NCBI RefSeq assembly: GCF_018350175.1
Contig: NC_058373.1
Location: 103,232,001 to 103,296,000 of the forward strand
DNA length: 64,000 bases
Source: Felis catus
Lineage: Eukaryota
Direction: 5' to 3'
Made by a program: the position numbers and the translations under genes. The notes beneath the pieces were generated by a model. It was given only the letters and a program-made list of their open reading frames with translations. It was not told where the DNA came from and made no database searches. Numbering within the stretch: the stretch's first letter is position 1; each line of letters starts with the position of its first letter. This document shows, piece by piece, positions 1 to 11,730 of the stretch.

Positions 1-985
1 TATCCAAAGGAAACAAAAACAGCGTTTCCAAGAGATACCTGCACCCTCGTGTTCATTGCAGCACTACTCACAATAGCCCAAATATGGGATCAGCCTAAGT
101 GCCTGTCAGCAGTTCGAGTGGTTTATAAAGATAAGGTACACAGTTGACCCTTGAACAACATGGCTGTTAGGAGTACTAACCACCCCCACCACCACCAACA
201 CAGTTGAAAACCTTCATAGAACTTTTCACTCCTCCTAAATACTGATCGCCTACTGTTGACTGGAAGTCGTACTGATAACATAAATAGTCAATTAACAGCT
301 AGGTTGTACGTTATATGTATTATATGCTGTATTCTTAAAAGTAAACTGGAGAAAAGAAAAGGTTAAGAAAATCCTAAGGAAGAGAAACTACATATACAGG
401 ACTTTACCATATGAAAAAGAGTCTCTGTAAGTGGAACCTCACAGTTCAAACCTGTGTTGAAGGCCCAGCTGTATATGTATATACAATGTAATATCATTCA
501 GCCATGAGAAAGGACATCCTGTATTTACGACAGCATAGATGGACCTTGAGGACATCATGCTAAGTAAATAAGTCAGAGAGAAAGCTCAGTACTACCGATC
601 ATATATATATATATCTCAAATCTAAACACCTGAACTCATAGAAACAGACTGGAATGATGGGATCAGAGGCCAAGGGATTGAGGGTATGGGGAGATGCTTG
701 TCAAAGTATATGAACACTTACACACCTCCAGTTATAATTTGAATAAGGTTTGAGGATCTTAAGTATAGCATGATGATTATAGTTAATAAAACTGTTTTAT
801 AAACTTGAAAGCTAAGAGTAGATCTTAACTGTTCTTACCACAAAAAAGAAATGGTAAGTATGTGACATGATGGAGGCATCAGCTAAAGATATGGTTGCAT
901 CATTTTGCAATATATAAGGGTATCAAATTCACGTATTGTATGCCTTAATGTTATATGTCAAATGTATCTCAGAACTGGAAAAATA
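1..985 (+). mobile_element. L1 (L1MA-like) ORF2 end and 3' UTR, running off the window start, interrupted by a Tigger2a-like element
   Basis: L1 3' motifs: tgcaccctcgtgttcattgcagcactactcacaatagcc, atggaccttgaggacatcatgctaagt, terminal aatgtatctc...ctggaaaaa. The 3' UTR closely resembles the L1 at 15426-17119. Confidence 0.85.
141..471. mobile_element. Tigger2a-like non-autonomous DNA transposon (TcMar-Tigger) nested in L1
   Basis: Left TIR cagttgacccttgaacaaca at 141. Degenerate right TIR ...cagttcaaacctgtgttgaaggcccagctg followed by TA at 472-473. Confidence 0.85.
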
Positions 986-1427
986 TAAGCATGAGTTTCA
1001 AAGAAATGGAAATAACTTCAAAAAAATCAGAGTATTGTTAAAGGAAAGGAAAAAGTATTTGAGATGCCAACAACATACTTCATAGTTTAAAATAATACTC
1101 TGATTTAGTGTTTATTGAGACTTCAAAAAATAGCTCTTACCTGAATGTACCATGGCAGTTTAAAGTTATGGTCTTGATTCTTACAAAACATGAATTAGAT
1201 GAGAACAGCTTCTTGTAAAACTCCTAAATCAGGGCAGTAAAGTTCCAGTCATTATTGACAAGGCTCAAACCATTTCACATAGAAATGATTTAAAAATTTG
1301 CTTAAAATATGGTGTTCAAGACTTTGAAGATAGGTGATGACTTTTGATTTCATGGAGCTGGGAAGGAGCCAAGTCTGAAATACATTAAACTTTACTGTCA
1401 TTCAAGAAACATGGTTTCAGTGAGATG

Positions 1428-1528
1428 GGCAGCTTGTGGCATTATTGACACAAAAGTCACTTTGGAAATCAAAGACCTGAATATTCGCTTTAATAGGAAC
1501 TGTGAGATAGCATTTAGATGATTAAATA
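1428..1528 (+). mobile_element. Degenerate MIR fragment inside the ERV-L-like RNase H region
   Basis: gcagcttgtggcattattga...actttggaaatcaaagacctgaatattcg resembles the MIR 5' tRNA-derived head. aatagg...gatgattaaat resembles the MIR 3' part. Confidence 0.45.
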
Positions 1529-1964
1529 CTTTAGAGATTTGGCTTTATTGCATGCCATTCTAACCGTTCTTATTTCTTTGGTTTTAGAAGAGAAAAAATT
1601 TCAGTTATTAAAATGGATATTTTTACTTGACAAGTAGGTGATAGAATATATAAAACCAAATACAGAAGCCTGTGATAGAGAAGCAGAGAATATTAGGGAA
1701 ACAAACTTAAAATCAAAATATTCTAAGAGAAAAACTATTAAATTATCCAAGTTACATGAAAATACACTTACTTGATAAATCTGAAGAATATAATTAACAG
1801 TTATCATTGGAGTTTGACCAACTGATGTTTTCAAAGCACATAGATTGAAGGTGAACAAAATTTTGTAAAATGAAGCTAAGTAATTGAATAGGACAGCTCA
1901 ATAAGTGGTTTTCATGGCTTTGGTAATAATAGAAAGAGTGAACATAAAAATTACAGTACTGGTT

Positions 1965-2183
1965 GGGGCACCTGGGTGGCTCGGTCAGTTAAGCATCAGA
2001 CTTCGGCTCAGGTCATGATCTCACGGTTCGTGGGTTCAAGCCCCACATCAGGCTCTGTGCTGACAGCTCAGAACCTGGAGCCTGTTTCAGATTCTGTGTC
2101 CTCCTCTCTCTCTGCCCCACCCCTGCTTGTGCTCTGTCTCTCTCTGTCCTTCAAAAATGAATAAACATTAAAAAAATAACACT
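1965..2183 (+). mobile_element. CAN-SINE (SINEC)
   Basis: ggggcacctgggtggctcggtcagttaag head, (CT) region, A tail. TSD aaaaa(c)ttacagta(c/t)tgg. Confidence 0.95.
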
Positions 2184-2680
2184 TAAAAACTTACAGTATT
2201 GGGGCTAGGAAAATATTGAGCTTAATTGATACTAGTTCAATAGAAGGTATCTCTATATCAAGACTCTATTTACTTGTTGGCTTTCAATTAAATGGGGGAT
2301 GTTATTGGAAGAGTTTAGTTCTATTGAATCCTAGCTCAGACATGGCTTAGTTGTGACAGTTATATCAAATAAAGGATCACACCAGTAATTTCTAACAATT
2401 AACAGATGACTTGGAAATACATTAGCATGGTTTGTTGAATGATTGGCACTCCAGCTTGCATCACTTGGGAACAGTTTTATACCATATGTAGTTCATATTA
2501 TTCAGACCATGGAATGTTTTAAAATTTTTGGCTTACATACTTATTATAAATCCTATTGTTAAATATTATCACTCCTGACATGAATAATTTTTATACATAT
2601 ATCTAGGTGATTATCTCATTTTATGTGTTATATAGCTTGAGTTTTAACAGCAAGAATTGATTATTAACTGCTATATTTCT

Positions 2681-2953
2681 TTTAAAAAAATTTTTTAACG
2701 TTTATTTTTAAGAGGGAGAGAGAGTGTGAGCAAGGGAGGGGCAGCGAGAGAGAGAGAGCGAGCGAGAGCGAGCGAGAGCGAGCAAGAGCAAGAGAGAGCG
2801 AGCGAGAGCGAGAGAGAGAGACGGAACCTGAAGCAGGCTCCAGGCTCGGAGCTGTCAGCCCAGAGCCCGATGCAGGGCTTGAACTCACAAACTGCAAGAC
2901 CATGACCTGAGCTGAAGTCGGACCCTCAACTGACTGAGCCACCCAGGAGCCCC
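2681..2953 (-). mobile_element. CAN-SINE (SINEC) with expanded GA/GAGC microsatellite
   Basis: SINE body on the minus strand. Perfect TSD ttaactgctatatttct at 2664-2680 and 2954-2970. Confidence 0.95.
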
Positions 2954-3536
2954 TTAACTGCTATATTTCTATAAATTTTGGGTAACCAATACTTTTATGG
3001 TTTTCTAAGCTTTTTGATGGTTTTGCCATTGCAATTTGGGAGCTGTTCTTTGCCCTTTTTGGGTTTAGCTTTGATTTCTGTGCACAAAGTAAACAGTAGA
3101 CTTTCTTATTTAAGTACATTTTCTTTCAAATCCCCTACATGTTGACATCTCTACTGCTGTGTTTAAACTAGGCAGTTTGACCTGTGCTGGTTGAAGATCT
3201 GAAAGGGAATAATTATCACCATTTCTCCATTCCGATTTGTGTGAGAGGCTTTAAGGTGGGTTTTAAGATATTTTATGGTATTTTTAAAATAAACTTTGAG
3301 GTATGATTCATAGTGAATAATCCCAGAAAGTTGAAGTTGATTCAGAATATCACATTTTTCTTGGTTTCTGCTATTGTAGTTTGACCCTAACATTTTTGTT
3401 TTCTCAAATCCTAACATACGTTTTCATCACTTCAAGCACTAACAACAAATGGGCTTTTTCGTGTCTGTTCAGAATCATCACAAGGTCATTGCTGTGGTCT
3501 TTTCTGTTCATGGATATTTAGGCTAAATCTCCACTG

Positions 3537-4204
3537 TGTGGTGTGGGCAGAATTACTGTTTTCTTGCAAAAGATACATTTCTGTCTTCTATGTATTTATG
3601 ATTTGGTTGGTAGAGAATGCTCCCTCCCCATCAAAGATGTCCATGCCTTGATGTCTGGAGCTGAGAATGTGTTCTCTCACATGGCAAAGGGGACCTTGCA
3701 GATGGAATTGAAGTCTGGGAACTTAAAATAGGGGGGTTACGTTGGGCCTGCCCCATAGTCCAAGATAATCATAATAGTCCTTCAAGGTGGAAGACGAAGG
3801 TCAAAGACTGCCAGAAGTGTGCAGGAAGAAGGGGCTGGGGATTTTGAAGCACAGGCAGGACTCCACATTCCTTTCTTTGAAGATGGGGGCAGGGCCTGTG
3901 AGCCAAGGAATGTGGGCCCCCCTCTAGAAGCTGAGAATAGCTCTGGTAGGAGCAGTTGGGAAATGGGGACCTCTGCCCTATAGTCACATGGAACTCCATT
4001 CTGCTAACAGCCTGAAATGTCCCTGGAAACCATCTTCCCTAGAACCTCACAGAGGAACATAGCCCTAGTGGCCCATTGATTTTTGGCCTCTTCAGGCTTG
4101 GTCAGAGAAACGAGGCAAGCCTCTAGACCAGCATGTCTGAGAAAACAAATCTGTGTTTGTAGCTTGTGGTAATTCGTTACAGCAGTGTGAGAAAACTTAC
4201 AATA
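3537..4204 (+). mobile_element. MaLR solo LTR (MLT1D/E-like)
   Basis: MLT1 motifs: aaagatgtccatgcc, atggcaaaggggaccttgcagatggaatt, gagccaaggaatgtggg...ctctagaagctg, terminal tgtggtaattcgttacagcag...aaaac. Confidence 0.85.
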
Positions 4205-4223
4205 CCATTGTGGGAAATTAAAT

Positions 4224-4409
4224 TTTTTTGAGTTTTATCTAGTTTTGAGAAAGAGCACGAGAGGGGACGGGCAGACAGGTGGAGACAGAAGCAGGCTCCA
4301 GGCTCTAAGCACAGAGCTGGATGCGGGGCTCGAACTCAGGAACCAAACCGTGAGATCGTGACCTGAGCCAAAGTGGGACACTTAACCAGCTGAGCCATCC
4401 AGGCGCCCC
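4224..4409 (-). mobile_element. CAN-SINE (SINEC)
   Basis: SINE body. TSD cattgtgggaaattaaat at 4206-4223 and 4410-4427. Confidence 0.93.
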
Positions 4410-4899
4410 CATTGTGGGAAATTAAATACAGAGTACCTTGTTTTACTGAGCAGCCCTTGACTTTGTACTGGGGGGAAAGAAAGGCTGGGGAGCCATCAGG
4501 GAACTAGGGCGGAAAAGAGGTTTTGTTTTCTTTTCTTTCTTCAGTTCTCTTGGATCCAGAGTGTTGGAGCGGTTTGTTGGAAAGCTTGACTTCACCCAAT
4601 AACTTAATTATCAGTGTAATTATCTGCTTTACTGATCCATAATAATTTTACTATTGACTTGATTCATGTATTAGTTAGAAAAATCAGATTTAATTTGGGT
4701 TGTCCTTAAAGCACATGTTTATCAAGTAGTTGCTTTTAACATGTCAGTGTGGGAGAACACTTGCATTGGTCCTTCCAATTATGCCTTTACTCAGACTTAC
4801 TGGAATTATGACTGATTCAGGCACTTATACCCATCCTGTCTTTGCATGGAGGGAGAGAATCTTTTGCTGTAACTTTTCTTTTTAAAAACATGGAAAGTG

Positions 4900-5020
4900 A
4901 ACATTGGAAGGACCCTTATGCCCTCTGACTCCATTTTACACAGGAGGGACTTGAAGTGCAGAGAAGCCCAGTAAAAGTGGCCTCAGGTCACGAAGCCAGC
5001 TGTGGTGCCCAGGATCCGGG
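4900..5020 (-). mobile_element. MIR fragment
   Basis: ccattttacacaggagggacttgaagtgcagaga...ggtcacgaagccag matches the MIR core. Confidence 0.6.
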
Positions 5021-5739
5021 ATAAGGAGTGTGTTGCTGCAGGTAGCAGGTGGAGAGTGATCTGAAGGACAGGAACCATGCCCCTGAGTCTCTCACCTCCT
5101 GGGAGTGCGGCTTGGAAAATCCTGTTTGTTTCTGAACTAGGATGCTGTAATGAGTGTTATATTTATTAATAAAAGTGGAAGTTGCTTTGTCAACTCAAGG
5201 ATTACTGGTGCTGTTAGGATAATCTGTCCAGTCTGGAATCCAGTTCTCTGCAGAGAGAGCCCCCTCTACAAAAGGCACAATGATGAAGGCTTGCGTTTAG
5301 TAGCTGGTTGGTTTGAAGTGGTACTTAGAACGGCAAGTAGTATAAGGTACATCAAAATAAATTCTGTGTAGCTGAAAAGAAGTCCTAACCTTTGGAGGGA
5401 GGGTCACAGAGGTATCATTGAGTGACTTCAATTTGCTGGTGGCCTCTTCTGTTAACGTCTTTGCCTTTCACGTTAAAGTGTGCTGTTGACCTTCTCTTTT
5501 TTCTTCTTTTTGTGAGAAGTATGTCAGCCTCTTTGAAGTGCTATGTTGCTGACTAATTCACAGAGAAACCTCCTTACAAGTTCTTTATTGATCACACGCA
5601 TGTCACAGGCGAGGCATGAATAAGCTTCAGGAAGCTTTGGTTTTGTCTTACTGAAGTTGAATTAATGGGAGCTTGTTGGAGCCTGGGCACAGGTGCTCTC
5701 TGATGGATAAGTGTGTTCTTGCTTTGCTCTTTCTCCTTA

Positions 5740-6026
5740 TTCTGCTTCCAGGTGAGCCCTCAGGACCAGCTCTGTCTTCTCTGTGTTCTAGCCTGGCATT
5801 CAAGTTAAATTCCCCAGGTGGCCATGTTTTCCTTGCCCCCCCCCCCCCCCCCCCACACCTTTGACGTTCTCATTTCCTAGAATGTGCTCCGGCTTTCAAT
5901 ACTAACATAGACTCCCACCGTCCTCTAGAACATGGCCCACGTGTCCTTTCCCCTAGGAACTCTGACACTCCTCACTCCTAGTCTCAGTGAAAAGCCCTTT
6001 TGTGAACTCTTGAAGTTCAAAAGCGT

Positions 6027-6061
<35 letters not shown>

Positions 6062-6210
6062 CGTGTGTGTGTGTGTGTGTGTGTATCTCAGTGCTCTGAG
6101 CTGTATTAGAGTTGTCTGTGTCTTGTCATGCTGGGAAACAAGTCCCTTGAAGACAGGGGTGGTCTTTCTTGTCTGTATTCCCAGTGCCCAGCACAGGTTG
6201 TTGAATGAGT
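5740..6210 (+). mobile_element. L2 3' fragment containing a poly-C run and (TG)n
   Basis: L2 3' terminus: ccttgaagacaggg...tctgtattcccagtgcccagcacagg...tgttgaatga. Confidence 0.65.
6031..6084. repeat. (TG)n microsatellite
   Basis: About 27 GT units with a gcgtgc interruption. Confidence 0.95.
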
Positions 6211-6654
6211 AGCTAGGTGCTGTGGCCTGCCTTGGGCATGGGTAGGTGGGACAGCTGGTTATTATAATGGGTCTATAACTAATGTGTTGGTATTCTGCAA
6301 ACCCACAGACACATGCATGGGTTAATTTATATTTCAGGCGCATTTGGTAAATTGAAAATTCTTTCTGTTTCTATATCTTCTTCATTACAAATAATGTGAT
6401 AATTTCCTCTGTACAGAAACTCATGTTAATTTCTCATCTTCTTCCTTTCAATCTCAGGAATCCCATATTTGAGACTTTTAGGAAGAAATTGTTAAGTTTT
6501 ATAAGATATGAAAACACGAATAGAATGGAAAGTGTGGGCTTTGGGGTTTAGGCTTCCTGAATTCCTAGTTGGCCCCATTTACTACCTATAGACTCACTTG
6601 GGCAAAACCATTTTCTGTGGTTCACTCTCCAGTTTTTTTTTAGAAGAACAGATT

Positions 6655-7010
6655 TGTGTCAGTCAATATAGGCCAGGCTATCCTGTAAAACCAACTCCCG
6701 AATCTCTGTAGGTTTATGGCAGCACAGCATACTTATTATTAATTCCTCCTGTCCATTGTGGATTAGCACAGAGGCAGTGTTCACCATGGGAAATCAGGGA
6801 TCCAGACAGAGGGTGCATCTTGACTTCCATTTCAAAGATTGTAGAGGGAGGTAAGAGAATATAGCTCTTAAAACTTCCAGCTGGAAGTGACCTACTTGGA
6901 TTTCTCTGGCTAAAGCATGTCTCATAGCATGAGTTCAAAGGTTGGGACGCATAATCCTTCAGCAGGGAGAGGCATCACGTATTTGCAAATGGTAGTGCAT
7001 TCTGCCTCCA
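6655..7010 (-). mobile_element. MaLR solo LTR (MLT1K/L-like) splitting a MIR (about 6500-6650 and 7010-7100)
   Basis: tgtgtcagtcaatataggccaggctat...aactcccgaatctc, gctcttaaaacttccagctggaagtgac...tctctggctaaagcatgtctcatagc. MIR head lies on the left and MIR tail on the right. Confidence 0.7.
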
Positions 7011-7834
7011 GGCAGTGGTTCACGAAGGGAAATACTTGGAACGTATCACATACAGCTAGTACATGGTAGTGATTGATTAATGTGAGCTCATATTAGTGAT
7101 TGGTTTCTCTGGAAAGTATTAATTATCTGTTATAAGAAGATATAAATGGGCTTAGGATATGATGAAACCTAGCATCTAAGTTATTGGCAGTTTGATTATA
7201 TATAAAAAAAACTTTAAAATACTGACAGATTAAAAATTAAAACTTCAGCTTCATGATTTGAATATAGGTTTTCTCTGTAAACTTTATCATTTTCTCTAGA
7301 TCACAGCAACAAAGGCTTAATGAATAATAGTTTTTGAATTATCAACCCCACTAACTTTGAAAATCAGTGTATCTCCTTACTGGAAAATGTACTTAACAAT
7401 TAGAACACTTTGATAAGCCATTCTTTTGTGAAAAATGTATCCGGCCTGAATCTGTTTTGGTTCCTCATGCAATCTTCAGACTGCCAACATTGATTTCATT
7501 CCTTGCTTTTCAAACAAAGGAGTAGTTCTGTATTTTTTCAAAATAGAGTTAAACCTTGGTTTCCCGTGGATAGTTGAGATTTCGAAACCCCTTTTAGATC
7601 TTTCCATGTTACCTGGTTGACATGAACATGATATCAGGGTTTTTTTCCCCCCCCCCCCCCCACTTACAAATTGATCTTACTCTGCAATCTAGTATCCTAA
7701 ATCCAAGAATACTATTTTTAAATTTCTAAATACCATCGATATGTATGTTTAATGAGCAAGGTGGAACTAATGTTAAATTGGTTCCCGTAAAATGCAGAAG
7801 AATGGAAGTTGTGGTAAACAGATCTTACCTAGCT

Positions 7835-8200
7835 TTTTGTTTTTAAGAAGACTTTCTTTAGGGTACACCCATCGTAAGTGTAGAGTTGGATGGATTTTCA
7901 TAGAGTGAACACACCCATTTAAACAGTGCCCAGATCAAGAAATGGCACCATCAGTGCCCAGAAGAGACGCCCCTCCCCTTGCTCTCTCTCCTGGCCCACA
8001 CCAGCTAACTGCCATTACAACCTAACACCATAGACTGATTTCTGTTGTTGCACTTTATATAAATTGGATCTGTAGTATGCATATTTTTTATTTCTTTCAT
8101 TAGCATTGTGTTTGTGAGTGAAATATCCCACATTGGGTAGGTTTGTTTCTTGGTGTATAGTATTCTGTTGTATAAATATTCATTCTCTTATTCAATATGC
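7835..8200 (-). mobile_element. Old L1 (L1ME-like) 3' UTR fragment
   Basis: gtgaacacacccatttaaacagtgcccagatcaagaaat and gcactttatataaattggatc are L1ME-type 3' motifs in reverse. Confidence 0.7.
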
Positions 8201-8275
8201 ATTACAGTATTAATCACACAAGAATCTGAGTTTTTGTAAATTATCAAACTTTTTTTTAAGTTAACTGTTTCACTT

Positions 8276-8478
8276 TTTTTTAATGTTTATTTTTGAGAGA
8301 GGGAGACAGAGTGTGAGTGGGGAAGGTACAGAGAGAGATGGAGACAAAGAATTGGTAGCGGGCTCCAGGCTCCAAGCTGTCAGCACTGAGCCCGATGTGG
8401 GGCTCGAACTCCTGAGCCGTGGGATCATGACCTGAGCCGAAGTCCGACGCTCAACCCACTGAGCCACGCAGGCAACCC
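8276..8478 (-). mobile_element. CAN-SINE (SINEC)
   Basis: SINE body. Imperfect TSD actgtttcactt / actatttcaatt. Confidence 0.93.
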
Positions 8479-9026
8479 ACTATTTCAATTTCAGATATGA
8501 AATGAAAATAGACACAATAGCTACCAACATCCACATTTATAGCTTGCAGCAGTTGAAAATGTAGCTACCTGTTACACAAAAAATGTATCCTCACTTTGAA
8601 AATTGATTAGCCTGCTGCAACAGTAATGATCTCACAGAATTGAATGTTTGGGGGAAGAACTAATTTTATACTAACCTTCGAATGTTACATACAATGTGTT
8701 GTTTTCCTCTCCTAATAAAACATATACCTGCATTTCAGCTAGGGGCCTGCATACCAAATTTTTCTCAGCTTTCACTTTTGTGAACACCCAGGAGGACCTT
8801 CTTTCTGCCTCTGCCCCCTTCCACGCCTGGGAGATTAGACAACATAAATTCCTCTTGAAGTCACAACCCCACTATAACTTTGAAAATTTGGCAACCCACA
8901 CTAATTCTGAGAATAGTTTGACTTGAGCTGTGATACAAGATCAGGGTTTGGTGGGTTTTTTTTGTTTTTTTTTTTTTTTGTTTTTTTAAGAAGTTTTAAC
9001 TCTGGTTGCTCTTTTTTCTTTCTTTT

Positions 9027-9243
9027 TTTTTTTTTTTTTCCAACGTTTATTTATTTTTGGGACAGAGAGAGACAGAGCATGAACGGGGGAGGGGCAGAGA
9101 GAGAGGGAGACACAGAATCGGAAACAGGCTCCAGGCTCTGAGCCATCAGCCCAGAGCCTGACGCGGGGCTCGAACTCACAGACCGCGAGATCGTGACCTG
9201 GCTGAAGTCGGACGCTTAACCCACTGCGCCACCCAGGCACCCC
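9027..9243 (-). mobile_element. Young felid SINE (SINEC_Fc-type)
   Basis: Nearly identical to the copies at 25396 and 42841, CpGs retained. TSD ttttctttctttt. Confidence 0.95.
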
Positions 9244-9534
9244 TTTTCTTTCTTTTAAAAGAACATAGCCTCTTTATTTTTGTTTAATGAGAAAGTGTTT
9301 TTGTTTTGAAACATTGAACAAAGATAATTTTAATACCAATTTATTAAATTTTCTTCCACTTAGTCCTTTATTATGGTGATGTATTTCTAGTTTTGTGTGT
9401 TTTTTGTTCTTTTAAAAAATTCTCTAACCGTGAAAGGGAGTTTTACTTTGTGTATACATCAGAACAGCAAGATGAATTTAATTTTTTGTTTCTAAATCAA
9501 TTCAGTAGCTGTAAGTTGGTGTTGTTGGAGATAT

Positions 9535-10597
9535 TTTTTTTTTATTGAAGTATGCTTAACACAATGTCATTAGTTTCAGGTGTGCAACATAGTAATTGGA
9601 CAAGTTTACGTATTATGCTATGCTCACAGCAAGTATAGCTGCCATCTGCCCCATTATATCACTATTACAATATCATTGACTGTATTTCCTGCACTCTACC
9701 TTTTATTCCCATGACTTATCCCCTGCCACTCCGCTTCACTCATTTTTGCCCATTCCCCAACCCCTCCTCTCTGGCAGCCATCAGTGCTCCGTATTTATGG
9801 GTCTGTTTCTGCTTTTTGTTTGTTTTTTTAGATTTCCCATATAAGTGAAATCATGTGATTTGTCTTTCTTATTTCACTTGGCATAATACCCTCTAGGTCC
9901 ATTCATACTGTCACAAATGGCAAGATCTCGTTCTTTATTATGACCGAGTATTAGTCGTGTGTGTGTGTGTGTACACACAACATGTTCTTTATCCATTCAT
10001 CTATCAACAGACACTTGGGTTGCTTCTATATCTTGGCCATTGTAAATAATGCTGCAATAAACATAGGGACACATATATCTGTTTGAATTAGTGTTCTTGT
10101 TTTCTTCAGGTAAATGCCCAGTAGTAGAATTACTAGATCATATGGTAATTATGTTAATTTTTTTGAGGAACCTCCACACTGTTTTCAGCAGTGGCCGCAA
10201 TGATTTGCACTCCCACCAACAGGGCACGAAGGTTCCATTTTTCTCCACAACATTGCCAACACTTGGTTCTTGTGTTTTTGATTTTAGCCATTCTGACAGT
10301 TATGAGGTGATAGCTCATTGGGTTTTGCTTTGCATTTCCTTAGTGATGTTGAACATCTTTTCATGTGCCTGTTTGTCATCTGTATGTCTTCTTTGGAAAA
10401 AATGTCTGTTCAGGTCCTCTGCCCATTTTTTAATCAGATTATGTTTTTGGTGTGGAGTTGTACAAGTTCTTTATATATTTTGGGTATGAACCCCTTATTG
10501 GATATATCATTTGCAAATGTCTTCTCCCATTAAGTAGGTTGCCTTTTTGTTTTGTTGATGGTTTCCTTTGCTGTACAGAGCTGTGTGTGTGTGTGTG

Positions 10598-10629
<32 letters not shown>

Positions 10630-11645
10630 GTCCCAATGGTTTATTTTTAATGCTGTTTCCTTTGCTTTAAGGAGGCCTATTTAGACAAATGTTGCTAAGG
10701 TCAGTGTTAAAGATTACTGCCTATGTTTTCTTCTAGGAGTTTTATGGTTTCATGTCTTAAATATAGGTCTTTAATTCATTCTGAGTTTATTGTATATCGT
10801 ATGAGAAAGTGGTTCAATTTTTTTTTTTGCATGTTGCTTTCTGATTTTCCCACCACCATTTGTTGAAGAGATGGTCTTTTCCTCACTGTATTCTTGCCTC
10901 TTTTGTCATAGATCAATTGACCATATAAGCCTCAGTTTATTTCTGATCTGTCTGTTCTGTTCTGTTGACCTGCGGGTCTATTGTTTGTGCCAGTTACCAT
11001 ACTGTTTTGGTTACTACAACTTTGTAGTATATCTGAAAACCTGAGATGGTATCTCCAGGTTTGTTCTTCTTCAGATTGCTTTGATTTTTTGGGGTCTTCT
11101 GTGCCTCCATAAAAACTTTAGTATTCTAGTTCTGTGAAAAATGTGGGTACTTTGACAGGGATTGCATTGAATCTGTAGGTTGTTTTGGGTATTGGGACAT
11201 TTAAACAATATTCTCACAATCTGTGAGCACAGAATATCTTCAGTTTCTTTCATCAGTGTTTTATTTTGATTTTTGAAGTTTATTTATTTTGAGAGAGATG
11301 AGACAGCACAATTGGAGGAAGGGCAGAGACAGGGGCAGAGAGAGGATCCCAAGCAGGCTCCATGCTGCTGGTGTAGAACCCAATGCAGGGTTTGAACCCA
11401 TGAAACCATGAGATCATGACCTCAGGTTTGGCCTGAGCCAAAACCAAGAATCAGATGCTTAACTGACTGAGCCACCCAGGTGCCCATCTTTCATCAGTGT
11501 TTTATAGTTTTCAGAGTACAGGTCTTTTACCTCTTTGGTTGAATTTACTCCTAGGTGTTCTTTTGGTGCAATTATAAATGGAATTATTAATTTTTCTCTT
11601 AGCTATTTCATTAGTGTGTAGAAACACAACCAATTTCTGTACTTC
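9535..11645 (-). mobile_element. 5'-truncated L1 (L1MA9/L1_Carn-like), ORF2 3' part plus 3' UTR
   Basis: Poly-T tail at 9535, reverse L1 3' UTR, ORF2-derived segments (ttgaggaacctccacactgtttt, gggattgcattgaatctgtag). Contains (TG)n at 10582-10629 and a SINE. Confidence 0.92.
11264..11486 (-). mobile_element. CAN-SINE nested in L1
   Basis: TSD tctttcatcagtgtttta at 11246-11263 and 11487-11504. Confidence 0.93.
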
Positions 11646-11730
11646 TTGTCCTTTATCATTCTTTACACTGAGTCAAATGAAACAGTGGTAAAAGAGAAAA
11701 AGATTAAGAAGTTTATGAACACTATTTAGG

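Larger units (their letters stand above)
1030..2500 (+). pseudogene. Ancient ERV-L-like (class III) pol remnant: tether, RNase H and integrase
   Basis: Collinear translated motifs versus remembered ERV-L pol: MN*M 1190-1201 (IMNWV), IDKAQTIS 1254-1277 (VGRAQQHS), F*FHGA 1342-1359 (AWFTDGSA), RDLALLHAILTVL...EEK...IFLLDK*VI 1533-1643 (QWAELRAVHLVV...KEK...LYTDSWAV), LRHGLVVTVISNKGSH 2335-2382 (HRHGIPHSIASDQGTH), DDLEIH*HGLLNDW to 2446 (GIHW...GLIERW). Confidence 0.65.

Noticed and set aside
1965..2045. tRNA-like A/B boxes at SINE heads
   Set aside because: These are the tRNA-derived heads of CAN-SINEs, not tRNA genes.
2682..2942. 86-aa ORF with RS/LA repeats resembling an SR protein
   Set aside because: It is read through a SINE microsatellite. 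The many MAQSV...SAQVM ORFs in the track are the same SINE artefact.
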